This document shows positions 10,056 through 20,832 of a DNA stretch of 64,000 nt, in pieces. Every line of letters starts with the position of its first letter. Position 1 is the first letter of the stretch. Origin of the DNA: Bacteroidota bacterium (GTDB lineage: Bacteria > Bacteroidota > Bacteroidia > 2-12-FULL-35-15). The position numbers were made by a program, and so were the translations under genes. The notes beneath the pieces are model-generated. The model was not told the DNA's origin and did not search any database. It worked only from the letters and a program-made list of their open reading frames with translations. Where the stretch lies: contig SXIH01000042.1 in NCBI GenBank assembly GCA_005772895.1, forward strand, positions 6,042-70,041. Reading direction: 5' to 3'.

Positions 10056-11228
10056 TTATTCCTGCCGAAAATAATTCAAGGCTGACAAATCCACCAGATG
10101 AACATCTTTATAATAAAAATTCAAAATCTCCTTATAAGAACGGTTTAGTTTTGCCTGACGCATGGCACCTTCCTGGCAAAGCCCTACTCCGTGTCCATAA
10201 CCTTTTCCATTAAAAAGAACGGACTCACCTTCTTGTTCAACTGAAAAATAGGTGGATTTTAATTGAAAATCGGCACGGATAATTTTCAACGGAATTTTTA
10301 GATCTTTATCCGTAAAATAAATTGCTCTTCCGTATGTTTGAGTAAACGATGTTGCATTGTTAAGCATCAAACTATCATCTACAGGATATTTATGTTTTAG
10401 CTGCAAATAGGCTTTCCAATCTTCCATTGGAATTGTGCGTTTCCATTTTGCATGTGGTTGTCTCAGACAAAAAGTGTCTTTCACCGATTTTAAATAAGTT
10501 GTAGGAGTAGCCCAAACATCTTGTGATGCAACCGTTTGTCCGCCACAATTAGAGTGAAATGCTGCAGTAATTAAATTTAAGTCATCGTCAACAACAACCA
10601 AGCCTTTTGTATCATACACACCTTTTTTAATATCAGCATCCACTGATCTGCTCAAGTAAGCTTGACAATGCACATCGTCACAAACTTGATAACCTTCCAA
10701 CACATGACGATTGATATGCGCTAACAAATACGTTCTGCATAAAATGGATTGCAATTTATAATACTCTAAACTTGTACGGGTACCTGATTCAGATTCCACC
10801 ACTCCTGCAATGTATTTTTCTATATCAATGTTGTTGATGAGTAAAAATTGTTTTTTGTCGGCCGTTAAACCAATAGTCACGTCATCCTCATAGGTTCTTA
10901 CTTTTCCTTCAGGAATTACCGATTTAATTTTAAATGCTCCGTCAAGTTGTTTGGACTTCATTTTAAGAGATGCATATTTTCCAATTGTCCTTTCAAATGT
11001 TTTTAAGATGATTGAATCTTTTTCAATAGTCAATTGAAAAATCCCGGGAGTATCGCTGTTTAAAAGCAGCACTCCGTCTCCGTAAACATCATAAGTACCG
11101 GTAATGGGTGAAAAAATGAAGGACTGAATAACTTTTGTGGTAAGTATCCGGACATTTAAAGAAGTCGCAAATATTGAACTGAAAGAAGCGAAAAAGAAAA
11201 AGGAGAGTATGATTTTTTTTATTCGCAT
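10056..11228 (-). CDS. SpoIID/LytB-domain protein (lytic transglycosylase-like)
   Basis: EKYIAGVVESE, VCDDVHCQAY, FHSNCGG, GYGHGVGLCQEGA. Confidence 0.9.
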   Translation of the reverse strand: MRIKKIILSFFFFASFSSIFATSLNVRILTTKVIQSFIFSPITGTYDVYGDGVLLLNSDTPGIFQLTIEKDSIILKTFERTIGKYASLKMKSKQLDGAFKIKSVIPEGKVRTYEDDVTIGLTADKKQFLLINNIDIEKYIAGVVESESGTRTSLEYYKLQSILCRTYLLAHINRHVLEGYQVCDDVHCQAYLSRSVDADIKKGVYDTKGLVVVDDDLNLITAAFHSNCGGQTVASQDVWATPTTYLKSVKDTFCLRQPHAKWKRTIPMEDWKAYLQLKHKYPVDDSLMLNNATSFTQTYGRAIYFTDKDLKIPLKIIRADFQLKSTYFSVEQEGESVLFNGKGYGHGVGLCQEGAMRQAKLNRSYKEILNFYYKDVHLVDLSALNYFRQE

Positions 11229-12328
11229 TATTGCTTAAGGTATTTAATCATTAATTCAGCTGTTTTCTGTGAAGCACCTGGACCACCTAATTTTGTTTTC
11301 AGTTCGGTATAATCAGCTAAAAGTTTATTTCTTGTTTCAGAAGTAAGCAATTTATCCAATTCCGTTTTTAAATTTTGTTCATTCAAATCATCTTGGATAA
11401 GTTCTCTGACTATTTCTTTGTCCATAATTAAATTCACCAAAGAAATGTATTTCACTTTTATAAGTTGTTTTGCAATTACGTAAGATATTTTCCCTGCCAT
11501 ATAACAAACCACTTCAGGAACACCAAACAAAGCAGTTTCCAGAGTAGCAGTTCCAGATGCAACCAAAGCCGCTTCTGATTTTTGTAATAGTTGATACGTT
11601 TTTCCATAAACAATTTTAACATCATTGTCAGGAAAAAATGTTTTGTAATACTCCGGTGTTTGTGACGGAGCACCTGCAACAACAAACTGATGATTGGGAT
11701 AATGTTTGCGCATCGACAACATTAATGGCAAAAGTGAAGATATCTCCTGCTTTCTGCTTCCGGGCAATATAGCAATAATCGGTTTTGAAAAAGTTATTCC
11801 TAAGTCGTTGGATTCTTTAGTATAATTATCAACGGCATCTAGCAATGGGTGTCCGACAAAATCAACAGTATAATCAAAGCGCTTGTAAAATTCTTTTTCA
11901 AAAGGAAGAATCACAAACATTTTATCTACAATCTTTTTTATTTTGTGAACGCGTGACTGTTTCCAAGCCCAAACTTGCGGAGAGATATAATAAAACACTT
12001 TAAAATTGTTTGCTTTTGCAAATTCGGCAATACGTAAATTAAAACCGGGATAGTCAACCAAAATCAATACATCCGGTTTATTTTCAAGAATATCTTTTTT
12101 GCAGAGATCAATGTTTTTAAAAATGGTGCGGATGTTCATCAACACTTCTGCAAAACCCATGAATGCTAATTCGCGGTAGTGTTTCACAATTTCTGCACCT
12201 TGCTTTTGCATCAAATCACCACCCCAGCAACGGAAAGAAGCAGAAGAATCCAACACCTTTAATGACTTCATTAAATTGGATGCATGTAAATCGCCCGAAG
12301 CTTCTCCTGCTATTATATAGTACTTCAT
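11228..12328 (-). CDS. lpxB: Lipid-A-disaccharide synthase
   Basis: MKYYIIAGEASGD (true start 12328), DYPGFN, PQVWAW, LPGSR, SGTATLE. Confidence 0.97.
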   Translation of the reverse strand: MKYYIIAGEASGDLHASNLMKSLKVLDSSASFRCWGGDLMQKQGAEIVKHYRELAFMGFAEVLMNIRTIFKNIDLCKKDILENKPDVLILVDYPGFNLRIAEFAKANNFKVFYYISPQVWAWKQSRVHKIKKIVDKMFVILPFEKEFYKRFDYTVDFVGHPLLDAVDNYTKESNDLGITFSKPIIAILPGSRKQEISSLLPLMLSMRKHYPNHQFVVAGAPSQTPEYYKTFFPDNDVKIVYGKTYQLLQKSEAALVASGTATLETALFGVPEVVCYMAGKISYVIAKQLIKVKYISLVNLIMDKEIVRELIQDDLNEQNLKTELDKLLTSETRNKLLADYTELKTKLGGPGASQKTAELMIKYLKQ

Positions 12329-12603
12329 CAGCCTATGCGTAGATAATTTGTAAAAAATGCTAATCCAAAAACCAGTCCGGCCCAAACAAATGTTGCTATT
12401 AAAACGCCTTTTAAACCATTATATTTTTCTTTTCTCTGATATAAATAGAAAGGAATTAAGTTAGTAGCGATACACAAACTAACATTCATTTTTTTAATTC
12501 CGGAATTATAAACAAAATAATAATAGATGGTGTAAATAATGATTGGCATCAGAACGCCAATCACTAAACCTACCCATACTCTATCCCAATTAAAGTTTTT
12601 CAT
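12328..12603 (-). CDS. Small 3-TM hypothetical membrane protein
   Basis: Likely start ATG 12603; hydrophobic; stop overlaps the lpxB ATG (TGATG). Confidence 0.7.
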   Translation of the reverse strand: MKNFNWDRVWVGLVIGVLMPIIIYTIYYYFVYNSGIKKMNVSLCIATNLIPFYLYQRKEKYNGLKGVLIATFVWAGLVFGLAFFTNYLRIG

Positions 12604-12613
12604 TTTTAACAGA

Positions 12614-13387
12614 TTAAAATTTCCATTTATCAAGTACTTTTATTGAATCGTGAGATGTCATATCAAATTGCGTTGGCACAACCGAAACATATTGATTTTC
12701 CAGTGCCCATACATCGGTATCTCTTTTTCCTTTATCGTAATTATCAAATCTTCCTGTTAACCAAAAATAAGTTTTTCCACTAGGATCTTTACGTTCATCC
12801 AACTCCTCTATCCAATTTGCTCTTGCTTGCCGGCAAACTTTAATTCCTTTTAGCATTTCATATTTCACTTTAGGAATATTTACGTTCAAACAAACACCTT
12901 TAGGTAAACCATTTTTCAATACTTGATTCACAATTGTTTTTACAATTTTTTTGGAAGCTGTAAAATCTGCATCAATGGAATCGTTCAACAAGGAAAATCC
13001 TATAGAAGGAACACTTTCAATAGCACCTTCAACTGCTGCAGACATAGTTCCTGAATAAATTACATTGATTGACATATTAGAACCGTGATTGATTCCTGAA
13101 ACAACTAAATCTGGTCTACGCTTCAATATTTTGTTGATAGCAATTTTTACACAATCTACAGGAGTTCCGGTACAACTATACTCCTCTTTCACTCCGTATA
13201 TATTTACTTTATTAATCCGCAGAGTAGCATTTATAGTAATTGCATGCCCCATACCCGATTGAGGTTTGTCGGGAGCAACAACCACTACATCGCCAATAGT
13301 TTTAACAACTTCAATTAATGATGCAATACCAGGAGCAGTAATACCATCATCGTTGGTAACAAGTATTAATGGACGTTTTGTTTTCAT
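12614..13387 (-). CDS. surE: 5'/3'-nucleotidase SurE
   Basis: ILVTNDDG, GTPVDCV, SGINHGSN, YSGT. Confidence 0.97.
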   Translation of the reverse strand: MKTKRPLILVTNDDGITAPGIASLIEVVKTIGDVVVVAPDKPQSGMGHAITINATLRINKVNIYGVKEEYSCTGTPVDCVKIAINKILKRRPDLVVSGINHGSNMSINVIYSGTMSAAVEGAIESVPSIGFSLLNDSIDADFTASKKIVKTIVNQVLKNGLPKGVCLNVNIPKVKYEMLKGIKVCRQARANWIEELDERKDPSGKTYFWLTGRFDNYDKGKRDTDVWALENQYVSVVPTQFDMTSHDSIKVLDKWKF

Positions 13388-13513
13388 TTCTACAAAAATA
13401 CTTAGTTCTATGAAAAAGAAGCTTATTTATTGAATAATGCATTCACATCTGATTGTTGATAAAAGGGCTAAAAAACCTATAAAATAGAAAACAATTTCCT
13501 AATTTTATTGAAA

Positions 13514-14866
13514 ATGAAAACAATTGTTATTATTGGTGGTGGCTGGAGCGGCATACTGACAGCTATTCAGCTATTAGAGAAAAACAAAAATATATCTATA
13601 AAAATAATCCATTCTGGAACACCAATTGGTCTCGGAGTAGCCTATAGTACAACCGATACTTCGCATTTATTAAATGTTCCTGCAGAAAAAATGAGTGCTT
13701 TCCCAAATAATCCAAAGCACTTTACTGATTGGCTTATTGCAAATGGAAATTCGGCAGAACAATTAGAAAAGCAATTTTTTCCTCGACTTTTATACGGAAA
13801 ATATATATTAGAACTTTTTTCTACTCTGAAGCTGCAAGAACAACTTGAAATAATAAATACCAAAGCAGTTGACATTCAAAAAAAAGAAAATTTGTATTCT
13901 ATTCAACTGGATAATAACAAATCTGTTGATGCCAATAAAATAGTTTTAGCATTAGGAAACTTTCTTCCTGCAAATCCAAAATCAGCAAGTGAGAGTTTTT
14001 TTGAAAGTTCAAACTATTTTAAAAACCCATGGAATACCGACTTTTTGAAAGGTCTTCAAACCAATCAAAACATATTATTGATTGGAACAGGTTTAACAAT
14101 GGTTGATTGTGTACTTAGTTTAAAAAATGCTGGCTTAACTGGAAAAATATATGCTGTTTCTCCCAGAGGCTATACACCAGCACCACATTCTAAAACAGAA
14201 ACTTACCCTGATTTTTATTCTGAGCTAAAAGGCAAAACTTTATTAGAAATAGTTCAGATAGTTCGTAAACATATAAAAATAGCAGAACAAAAAAACAGTT
14301 GTTGGATTGGGGTGATTGATTCATTACGCCAACATTTCCAAGAATTATGGATTATATTATCAATAAAAGAAAAGCAACAATTTATATCACACATCCGCCA
14401 CATTTGGGGAGTTGCCAGACATAGATTACCTAAGAATACATATGAAGAGTTAATAGATTTAAAAGTAAAAGGACAATTGGAAATTATTGGAGGAAGAATT
14501 AATGAAATTATAGAAAAAAACGGAGATATTACTGCCACCATCCAATTGAGAGGCATTTCTGAAAAAAGGACATTAAACATCTCACGAGTTATTAATTGTA
14601 CTGGTCCACAAAGTAATTACAAAGAACTAAAGGATGAACTAATTAGAAATTTGTTGGCAAAAAAGATTATTCTTGCACACGAGCTTAAAATGGGCATTCA
14701 AACTAACTTGAATGGGCAAATTATTCAAGAACAAGGAAAAATGTCTGATGATATTTATGCCATTGGTTCTTTACTACGAGGAGTATTGTGGGAAACAACT
14801 GCTGTTCCTGAAATAAGCAAACAAGCAGAACAAATTGCAAAACAAATTATTGATTCTATTAAATAG
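13514..14866 (+). CDS. FAD/NAD(P)-binding protein (NAD_binding_9-like)
   Basis: IIGGGWSG, GLGVAYST, LLNVPA, IGTGLTMVD, INCTGP, WETTAVPEI. Confidence 0.85.
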   Translation: MKTIVIIGGGWSGILTAIQLLEKNKNISIKIIHSGTPIGLGVAYSTTDTSHLLNVPAEKMSAFPNNPKHFTDWLIANGNSAEQLEKQFFPRLLYGKYILELFSTLKLQEQLEIINTKAVDIQKKENLYSIQLDNNKSVDANKIVLALGNFLPANPKSASESFFESSNYFKNPWNTDFLKGLQTNQNILLIGTGLTMVDCVLSLKNAGLTGKIYAVSPRGYTPAPHSKTETYPDFYSELKGKTLLEIVQIVRKHIKIAEQKNSCWIGVIDSLRQHFQELWIILSIKEKQQFISHIRHIWGVARHRLPKNTYEELIDLKVKGQLEIIGGRINEIIEKNGDITATIQLRGISEKRTLNISRVINCTGPQSNYKELKDELIRNLLAKKIILAHELKMGIQTNLNGQIIQEQGKMSDDIYAIGSLLRGVLWETTAVPEISKQAEQIAKQIIDSIK

Positions 14867-14888
14867 AAATCCGTAATTTTGCATCTCG

Positions 14889-16109
14889 ATGAAAAACTTC
14901 AACATTCCCGATTTTTATAAAAGTCCGGTTATTTCTAAAGTAAAAGAAATCCGTAAAGTGAGCGACCCTCGCAAAAAAGATTTTAGCCCAACCATTTTAG
15001 ACTTCGGAGCAGTTCGTTTTCATATTGCCCGCCATTTTGGATTTTGTTATGGTGTAGAAAATGCCATTGAGATTTCCTACAAAGCCATAGAAGAAAATCC
15101 TGACAAAAGAATTTTTCTTTTAAGCCAGATGATTCACAATCCGGATGTTAACAATGATCTATTAAATCGTGGAGTAAAGTTTTTGATGGACACGAGCGGA
15201 AACCAAATTATACCTTTTAGCGATTTAAGTTCAAATGACATTGTAATTATTCCTGCATTTGGAACAACTTTAAAAATTGAAATCGAATTAAACAAAATGG
15301 GCATTGAAGTCCGTAAGTACGATACAACTTGCCCTTTCGTGGAAAGAGTATGGAAAAAATCCGAGAAACTAGGTGAAGATAAATACAGCATTATCATACA
15401 TGGAAAATTCAATCATGAAGAAACAAGAGCAACTTTTTCGAGAAGTGAACAAAATGCTCCATCTATTATTGTAAAAGATATTGTTGAATCACGTGTATTA
15501 GGCGAATATATTTTAGGAAATATTGGTCTGGATGAATTCAATAAAGTTTTTAAAGGAAAACATTCCGACAACTTTGATCCTACTAAACATTTGGAACGAG
15601 TTGGAGTAATCAACCAAACAACAATGTTGGCAACCGAAACACAAGAGATTGCCGATTATTTCAAAAACATTATGATTAAAAAGTATGGCGACAGTGATTT
15701 AAAAAATCATTTTGCTGATACACGTGATACTTTATGTTATGCAACTAACGAAAATCAGGAAGCAACTTACGGACTTTTGAAAAATAAAGCTGACTTAGCA
15801 ATAGTTGTTGGTGGTTATAATAGTTCTAACACTTCTCATATTGTAGAATTGTGTGAAGAAAAACTTCCAACCTATTTTATTTCATCAGCAAAAGAAATTG
15901 TTTCAAAAAACGAAATAAATCATTTTGATTTTTCTCATCAAAAACATTTGCATAGTTTAGATTTCTTACCCAATAAAAAAACTATTGACATTATACTTAC
16001 CAGCGGAGCTTCTTGCCCGGATTCAATTGTGGATGAAGTACTCCAAAAAATTGTTTCTTATTTTCCTAGTGCGAAGGAGATTGATGAAGTAATTGGTGGG
16101 TTGAAATAA
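14889..16109 (+). CDS. ispH: 4-hydroxy-3-methylbut-2-enyl diphosphate reductase
   Basis: GFCYGV, IHNP, DTTCPFV, QTT, DTLCYAT, SSN, TSGASCP. Confidence 0.96.
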   Translation: MKNFNIPDFYKSPVISKVKEIRKVSDPRKKDFSPTILDFGAVRFHIARHFGFCYGVENAIEISYKAIEENPDKRIFLLSQMIHNPDVNNDLLNRGVKFLMDTSGNQIIPFSDLSSNDIVIIPAFGTTLKIEIELNKMGIEVRKYDTTCPFVERVWKKSEKLGEDKYSIIIHGKFNHEETRATFSRSEQNAPSIIVKDIVESRVLGEYILGNIGLDEFNKVFKGKHSDNFDPTKHLERVGVINQTTMLATETQEIADYFKNIMIKKYGDSDLKNHFADTRDTLCYATNENQEATYGLLKNKADLAIVVGGYNSSNTSHIVELCEEKLPTYFISSAKEIVSKNEINHFDFSHQKHLHSLDFLPNKKTIDIILTSGASCPDSIVDEVLQKIVSYFPSAKEIDEVIGGLK

Positions 16110-16138
16110 AAAAGGCGTCCTGTTTCCAGAACGCCTTT
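16108..16138. terminator. Bidirectional terminator between convergent genes
   Basis: aaaggcgt...acgccttt stem. Confidence 0.7.
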
Positions 16139-16155
16139 CAAACATTTTTTACTTC

Positions 16156-17988
16156 TTATTTAGTGATTACCAATTTTCTCACAACCATATCTCCATCAAC
16201 TGAAATTTTACAAGTATAAATTCCAGCATCTAAATTTGCAACATTGATGCTTAATTTTCCATTGTTCGAATGAACACCGGCAGAAGACATATTCACTAAT
16301 TTACCTTGCACATCGTACAATTGATAAACAATACTTTTTACATTAAAAGGAATATCATAATTAATGGTAGCTAAATTTGAAGAAGGATTAGGATAAAAAT
16401 CACCAAAATAATTTTCCATACCGTTTTCAGAAACTCCTGCACCGGAAATATAGACTTTTTCAATACCAATATTAATCATTAAGTCTTCTGTTTCTCTGTA
16501 GCGATAAGGCGCCCAGGTATTGCTTATAATTTCAAATGTTCTGTAAGAAAATGGAGCAATTTGATTTTGCCCTAAAGTTAAACCATCACCATTCATAACC
16601 CAGGCAACATAAATACCACCGGAGTAAATTGTGTCAGGAGTAGGTAAAGGGATTGTGTTCCATGCAGAAGTAAATACAGAAGTGCTTGGAACATAAATTG
16701 AATCAATTTGTGATCCTGCTGCTCCACCTGTTCCGTTATCATCATACAATACCATTGAGTATCCAAAAGACATAGGATTAGCAACAATATATGCATACAA
16801 TTCTGTTACTTCAACAGGATAACAAGGAGGAACAAAATAAATTGCAGCACCACCTTGTCCACCAGTCCAATTTAAACCACCCAATCCTGCTTCAATATTA
16901 TTGTCATACGCTAACCGGATAGCAGTTACTGTTGTATCAACAACAACAATTTCCTGAGTTTTTTGGTCATTACTTGGAGTAGCATCTCCAGGCAACTGTG
17001 TATTGGTAATAAAACGATATGTTCCTGCAGTTGTAGGATTAAACATATTGGTCATTGTAATATTTTCAGTTTGTCCGGGAATAGAAGCCAAACTCAATTT
17101 GTTATCAGAAACCATTGTTGTTCCAATAGAATTCAATACTCTGGAAAAAACATTGTAAGAAGGTAAATTTTGGTTTCCGGTATTTTTAATACTTGTATTC
17201 ATTGTAAACTGTTGTCCGTTTCGTGAACGGAAAATGCCACCTGTTTCTGTATTATCATTATAACTTGTAGAAGCATCGTTCACAACATAAGTAGTGTTGC
17301 TTGGATAAGAATATTTGATAGCATAATTCACCGGAGGAAAAATATTCATGGAGTGTTGCAAACCAATACTTCCTGAATTGTTTTCAATTCCAATAACCAC
17401 ATTTGTACCTGTAGCTGGTGAACCTACTTGAGTTTTATACTGATAAGTGATAGAACTGTCAACAGCACTCAAAATAATTTGAAACTCATTGTTACCAATT
17501 CCGGAAGGAGTTCCGGCATCATAAAAAGGAACATTAATCCAAGAAACAATAAGCGTATCAGCAGCAGGATTAGTATATCTCCAACATTCAGCAACATTTG
17601 AAATATCAAATAATAAATCACAAGCCATTGCAGCTAAAAAGTTTTGTGTTCCGGCAGTATTGGGAATCATACCAAAAGGAGCAGAAATTTGTCCGTTAGT
17701 AAAACCGATATAACCATTTGAACCTACCCAAAATTGAGTTACATCATACCAATAATAATGAAAAGGAAATCCAACAGGAAATGAACCAACAGTGTTATCA
17801 TCCGCTAAAAAGCGAACTTCCTGTGCACCTGTTAAAGGTAAAATGTCAATCCAGTTATAAACAGGACCAAGCGTATCATTACTATCTCTCCAGATATAAC
17901 CATAAGCATCCGGACCGCCCATAGTTTGCGCGGACAAAGAATTAAATCCTAAAAGAGATGCAAAAAGCAGTGTAGCTAATTTTTTCAT
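16156..17988 (-). CDS. T9SS type A CTD cargo (nidogen-like N-domain, CARDB-like Ig)
   Basis: Signal peptide; GGPDAYGY..DD..FPFHYY; NTGN..PGDATPSND; C-terminal YPNPSS...RKLVITK. Confidence 0.8.
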   Translation of the reverse strand: MKKLATLLFASLLGFNSLSAQTMGGPDAYGYIWRDSNDTLGPVYNWIDILPLTGAQEVRFLADDNTVGSFPVGFPFHYYWYDVTQFWVGSNGYIGFTNGQISAPFGMIPNTAGTQNFLAAMACDLLFDISNVAECWRYTNPAADTLIVSWINVPFYDAGTPSGIGNNEFQIILSAVDSSITYQYKTQVGSPATGTNVVIGIENNSGSIGLQHSMNIFPPVNYAIKYSYPSNTTYVVNDASTSYNDNTETGGIFRSRNGQQFTMNTSIKNTGNQNLPSYNVFSRVLNSIGTTMVSDNKLSLASIPGQTENITMTNMFNPTTAGTYRFITNTQLPGDATPSNDQKTQEIVVVDTTVTAIRLAYDNNIEAGLGGLNWTGGQGGAAIYFVPPCYPVEVTELYAYIVANPMSFGYSMVLYDDNGTGGAAGSQIDSIYVPSTSVFTSAWNTIPLPTPDTIYSGGIYVAWVMNGDGLTLGQNQIAPFSYRTFEIISNTWAPYRYRETEDLMINIGIEKVYISGAGVSENGMENYFGDFYPNPSSNLATINYDIPFNVKSIVYQLYDVQGKLVNMSSAGVHSNNGKLSINVANLDAGIYTCKISVDGDMVVRKLVITK

Positions 17989-18072
17989 TTTTATAAATTT
18001 TTTGTGATTGAGTTTTGTATAACAAATATATCAAAATTTGCCTGATTTGAAAGAGAAAAATAAGGAAAGTAA

Positions 18073-19170
18073 TCAGATTTTAGGCTTGGGCAGACAGGCT
18101 TTGTATACTTCCAATGTCTTTTTCGCCATTTCTTGTTTAGAAAAGCCTTTTACGTATTCTTTCGCATTGGCAATAAGCTTTTCGCGCAAAGTGGTATTAT
18201 TCAACATCCGCATTACCTGTTCTGCCAGCTTTTCTGAATCCTGCACTTTAGTTGTAAGTCCGTTAAATTCATTTTTAACAATTTCCGGAATACCACCTCC
18301 TTCGGTTGCAACAATTGGCAATCCATACGCCATTGCATCCAAAAGTGTTGAACCTAGACCTTCTTCTTTAGATGTATAAAGTAAAACATCCAAATCAGCA
18401 AACACATTTTCCACATCACTTCGGAAACCCAAAACATAAACGTCTTTCTGTAAATTCAATTCTTCAATTCGTTTTTCGATTTGTTCACGCAATGGACCTT
18501 CACCGGCTATCAAATATTTTGCTTTTATTTTTTTGGAAAGAATTTTTACTGTGTCTAAAAAAGTGAAATAATCTTTATGGGGAGCAATTGCAGCAATATT
18601 ACCGATTAATTTATACTCATCTGCTATTCCTAACTCTTTACGGATTTTGCCTCTCAGTCCAATTCCATCAAAACGATGCAAATCAACTCCATCATAAACG
18701 GTAGTACATCTTTCAGCTTGTTCTATTGATTTAATTACTATCTCTTTTATTTTATTTGAAACACAGATTATTCTTTTAATCGCAGAATGGTTGTATTTTT
18801 TTTTGGAAAAGAAATTTTTCTTCAGAGGAAAATCTACTCTTCTGGCAAGAATCAAGGGAGTTGAATTCCCTAAAGTATTTGCCAATACTGCAATGCTGTG
18901 ACTTCGGGAAGAGTGCATGTGAATGATATCAAATCTGTTTTTTTTACAGTATTCTTTCACCTTTAATGCAGAAGAAACATCAAAATCATTTTTAAAAGGA
19001 ATAGAAAGAAGGGGAATCTTATGATTGATGCACCATTTTTCAAATTCAGAATCTTTTCGGGCAGCCACATGAGATTCAACACCTAAAAGATTTAGCTCTT
19101 CAATCAGATAAGCCATTTGCTGTTCTCCGCCACGCCAACTTTTTTCAGAACTCAAATGCAGAATTTTCAT
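18073..19170 (-). CDS. Glycosyltransferase family 4
   Basis: True start MKILHL (19170); WRGGEQQ, HKDY, EEGLGSTLLDAMA, GGIPEIV. Confidence 0.92.
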   Translation of the reverse strand: MKILHLSSEKSWRGGEQQMAYLIEELNLLGVESHVAARKDSEFEKWCINHKIPLLSIPFKNDFDVSSALKVKEYCKKNRFDIIHMHSSRSHSIAVLANTLGNSTPLILARRVDFPLKKNFFSKKKYNHSAIKRIICVSNKIKEIVIKSIEQAERCTTVYDGVDLHRFDGIGLRGKIRKELGIADEYKLIGNIAAIAPHKDYFTFLDTVKILSKKIKAKYLIAGEGPLREQIEKRIEELNLQKDVYVLGFRSDVENVFADLDVLLYTSKEEGLGSTLLDAMAYGLPIVATEGGGIPEIVKNEFNGLTTKVQDSEKLAEQVMRMLNNTTLREKLIANAKEYVKGFSKQEMAKKTLEVYKACLPKPKI

Positions 19171-19227
19171 TTCACAAATATATTCAAAAATGGGTGAAAT
19201 CATTTCAATAAATGTCAAAATCATAAA

Positions 19228-19315
19228 CGTCATGCCGTGCTCCGACACGGCATCTCTCTGTTGATGAAGACTCTCTTCCAAATTAGGAGATCCCGTGTCG
19301 GGGCACGGGATGACG
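19228..19315. repeat. CGTC-tagged REPIN, subfamily A
   Basis: cgtcatgccgtgctccgacacggcatctc ... gagatcccgtgtcggggcacgggatgacg. Confidence 0.85.
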
Positions 19316-19379
19316 GTTTCGTGAGAGGCAGTTGCCTGACATGAATAATTGATAAAAATTTAATTCGTACTTTTAAGAA

Positions 19380-20192
19380 ATGAAAAAAACACTTTTATTC
19401 TTACTTATTTGCTTTCAACTGACGCTCATAGCTCAGAAGAATTGCCCTGTGGAGAATAATAGTTTTAAAGCCGGTGAACAATTCAACTATAAAATTTTTT
19501 ATAACTGGGGCGCACTTTGGATGGAAGCCGGTGAAGCCAGTTTTAGTGTTTTTTTAAACAACATGAATGGAAGAAACGTTTACCATTTTGTTGGCTTGGG
19601 TGCAACGTATCCTAAATACGATTGGTTTTTTAAAGTGAGGGATAAATATGAATCGTATGCCGATACTTTAACATTAAAGCCAATCCGATTTATAAGAGAA
19701 GCGAGAGAAGGTGGTAGTTATTTGCACGATGATTATATTTTTAATCTGAAAAATAACAAAGTCTATACATCTTCCAAAAGAAACAGAAAACCCAGCAAAC
19801 TCGATTCGATAAGCATTACTTCCTGCACAAATGATGTGATGACCGCCATTTTTTATGCAAGATGTTTAGATTTTTCAAAATACAAACCAAAGGATACTAT
19901 TCCAATAACATTTGTATTGGACGGAGAAATTTTTCCTTCTTATATCCGCTATCTGGGAAAGGAAACAATAAAATCTGATTTACTTGGAACAGTCCGTTGC
20001 ATAAAATTCAGCCCGAAACTTATTGAAGGAACAATCTTTAAAGGTGGTGAAGGAATGGTTGTTTGGGTAACTGACGATGAAAACAAAATGCCCGTTTATG
20101 TTGAAACTCCTATTATTGTTGGAACAATTAAAGTGCGGCTATTTAAGTACGAAGGATTGAAAAACGAAATAAACTGTATTGTCCCAAAATAA
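19380..20192 (+). CDS. DUF3108-family exported protein
   Basis: Signal peptide; FKAGE..Y.YNWG, FFKVRDKYES, WVTDDENKMP, VGTIKV. Confidence 0.8.
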   Translation: MKKTLLFLLICFQLTLIAQKNCPVENNSFKAGEQFNYKIFYNWGALWMEAGEASFSVFLNNMNGRNVYHFVGLGATYPKYDWFFKVRDKYESYADTLTLKPIRFIREAREGGSYLHDDYIFNLKNNKVYTSSKRNRKPSKLDSISITSCTNDVMTAIFYARCLDFSKYKPKDTIPITFVLDGEIFPSYIRYLGKETIKSDLLGTVRCIKFSPKLIEGTIFKGGEGMVVWVTDDENKMPVYVETPIIVGTIKVRLFKYEGLKNEINCIVPK

Positions 20193-20224
20193 AACAGCTC
20201 CAATCCGAAGATGTAGAGCTGTTT
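20192..20224. terminator. Hairpin/terminator between convergent genes
   Basis: aaacagctc...gagctgttt. Confidence 0.55.
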
Positions 20225-20248
20225 AGAAATTGTTTAGAGAGACAATTT

Positions 20249-20611
20249 TTACTTTACAATGAGTTTTTGATGAAATACTTTATCGTTTGCTGAAGCAGTA
20301 ATTAAATATACACCGGTTGTCAATTGATGACCGTCAGAAGAAATAGTAAATAAGAACCCACCATTTTCCATTAATTGCACTTTCGAATAAATTTCTCTTC
20401 CCAACATATCATAAACCACAACCAATAAATTTTCCGCCTTAAATCCTTGCAAACTAACATAAGTATCTGCTTCGCTTTGATTAGGATTAGGGAAAACTTT
20501 AAAGTCTGCACTTTCTGCAGGAATTTGAATGTTTTGAGCATTTCCTGATTGAGCTATCATTAGAAATGAAAAACAAAATCCTGTAAATGCTATTCTTTTA
20601 AATAAGTTCAT
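20249..20611 (-). CDS. Small protein consisting of a signal peptide plus a T9SS type A CTD
   Basis: Likely start 20611; A-Q cleavage; VFPNPN..VYDMLGR..GVYLI..KLIVK. Confidence 0.8.
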   Translation of the reverse strand: MNLFKRIAFTGFCFSFLMIAQSGNAQNIQIPAESADFKVFPNPNQSEADTYVSLQGFKAENLLVVVYDMLGREIYSKVQLMENGGFLFTISSDGHQLTTGVYLITASANDKVFHQKLIVK

Positions 20612-20832
20612 TTTCAAATGTTTAATATTGTTATAACAAATAGAGTTCAATTTTTCTACAAAAGCAAACAGGTGGATAGCAACTTATTAACACTATGATG
20701 TGCGACAACACTAACACTTTACTACCAATTAAGGTATTTTATCGATGAATAAATAGTATTTAAATACAAACTAGGAAAAAGACCAAGAAACCGAAAAAGG
20801 CTACATTTGTTTCCACAAATAATATTTTAAGA

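Noticed and set aside
19171-19281. N-terminal extension of the GT4 ORF in the ORF track
   Set aside because: Runs through a REPIN and the promoter; the family-typical start is at 19170
20660-20760. LytTR-type direct repeats upstream of the CTD-only gene
   Set aside because: Candidate 9-mers at ~21-nt spacing are too dissimilar to support
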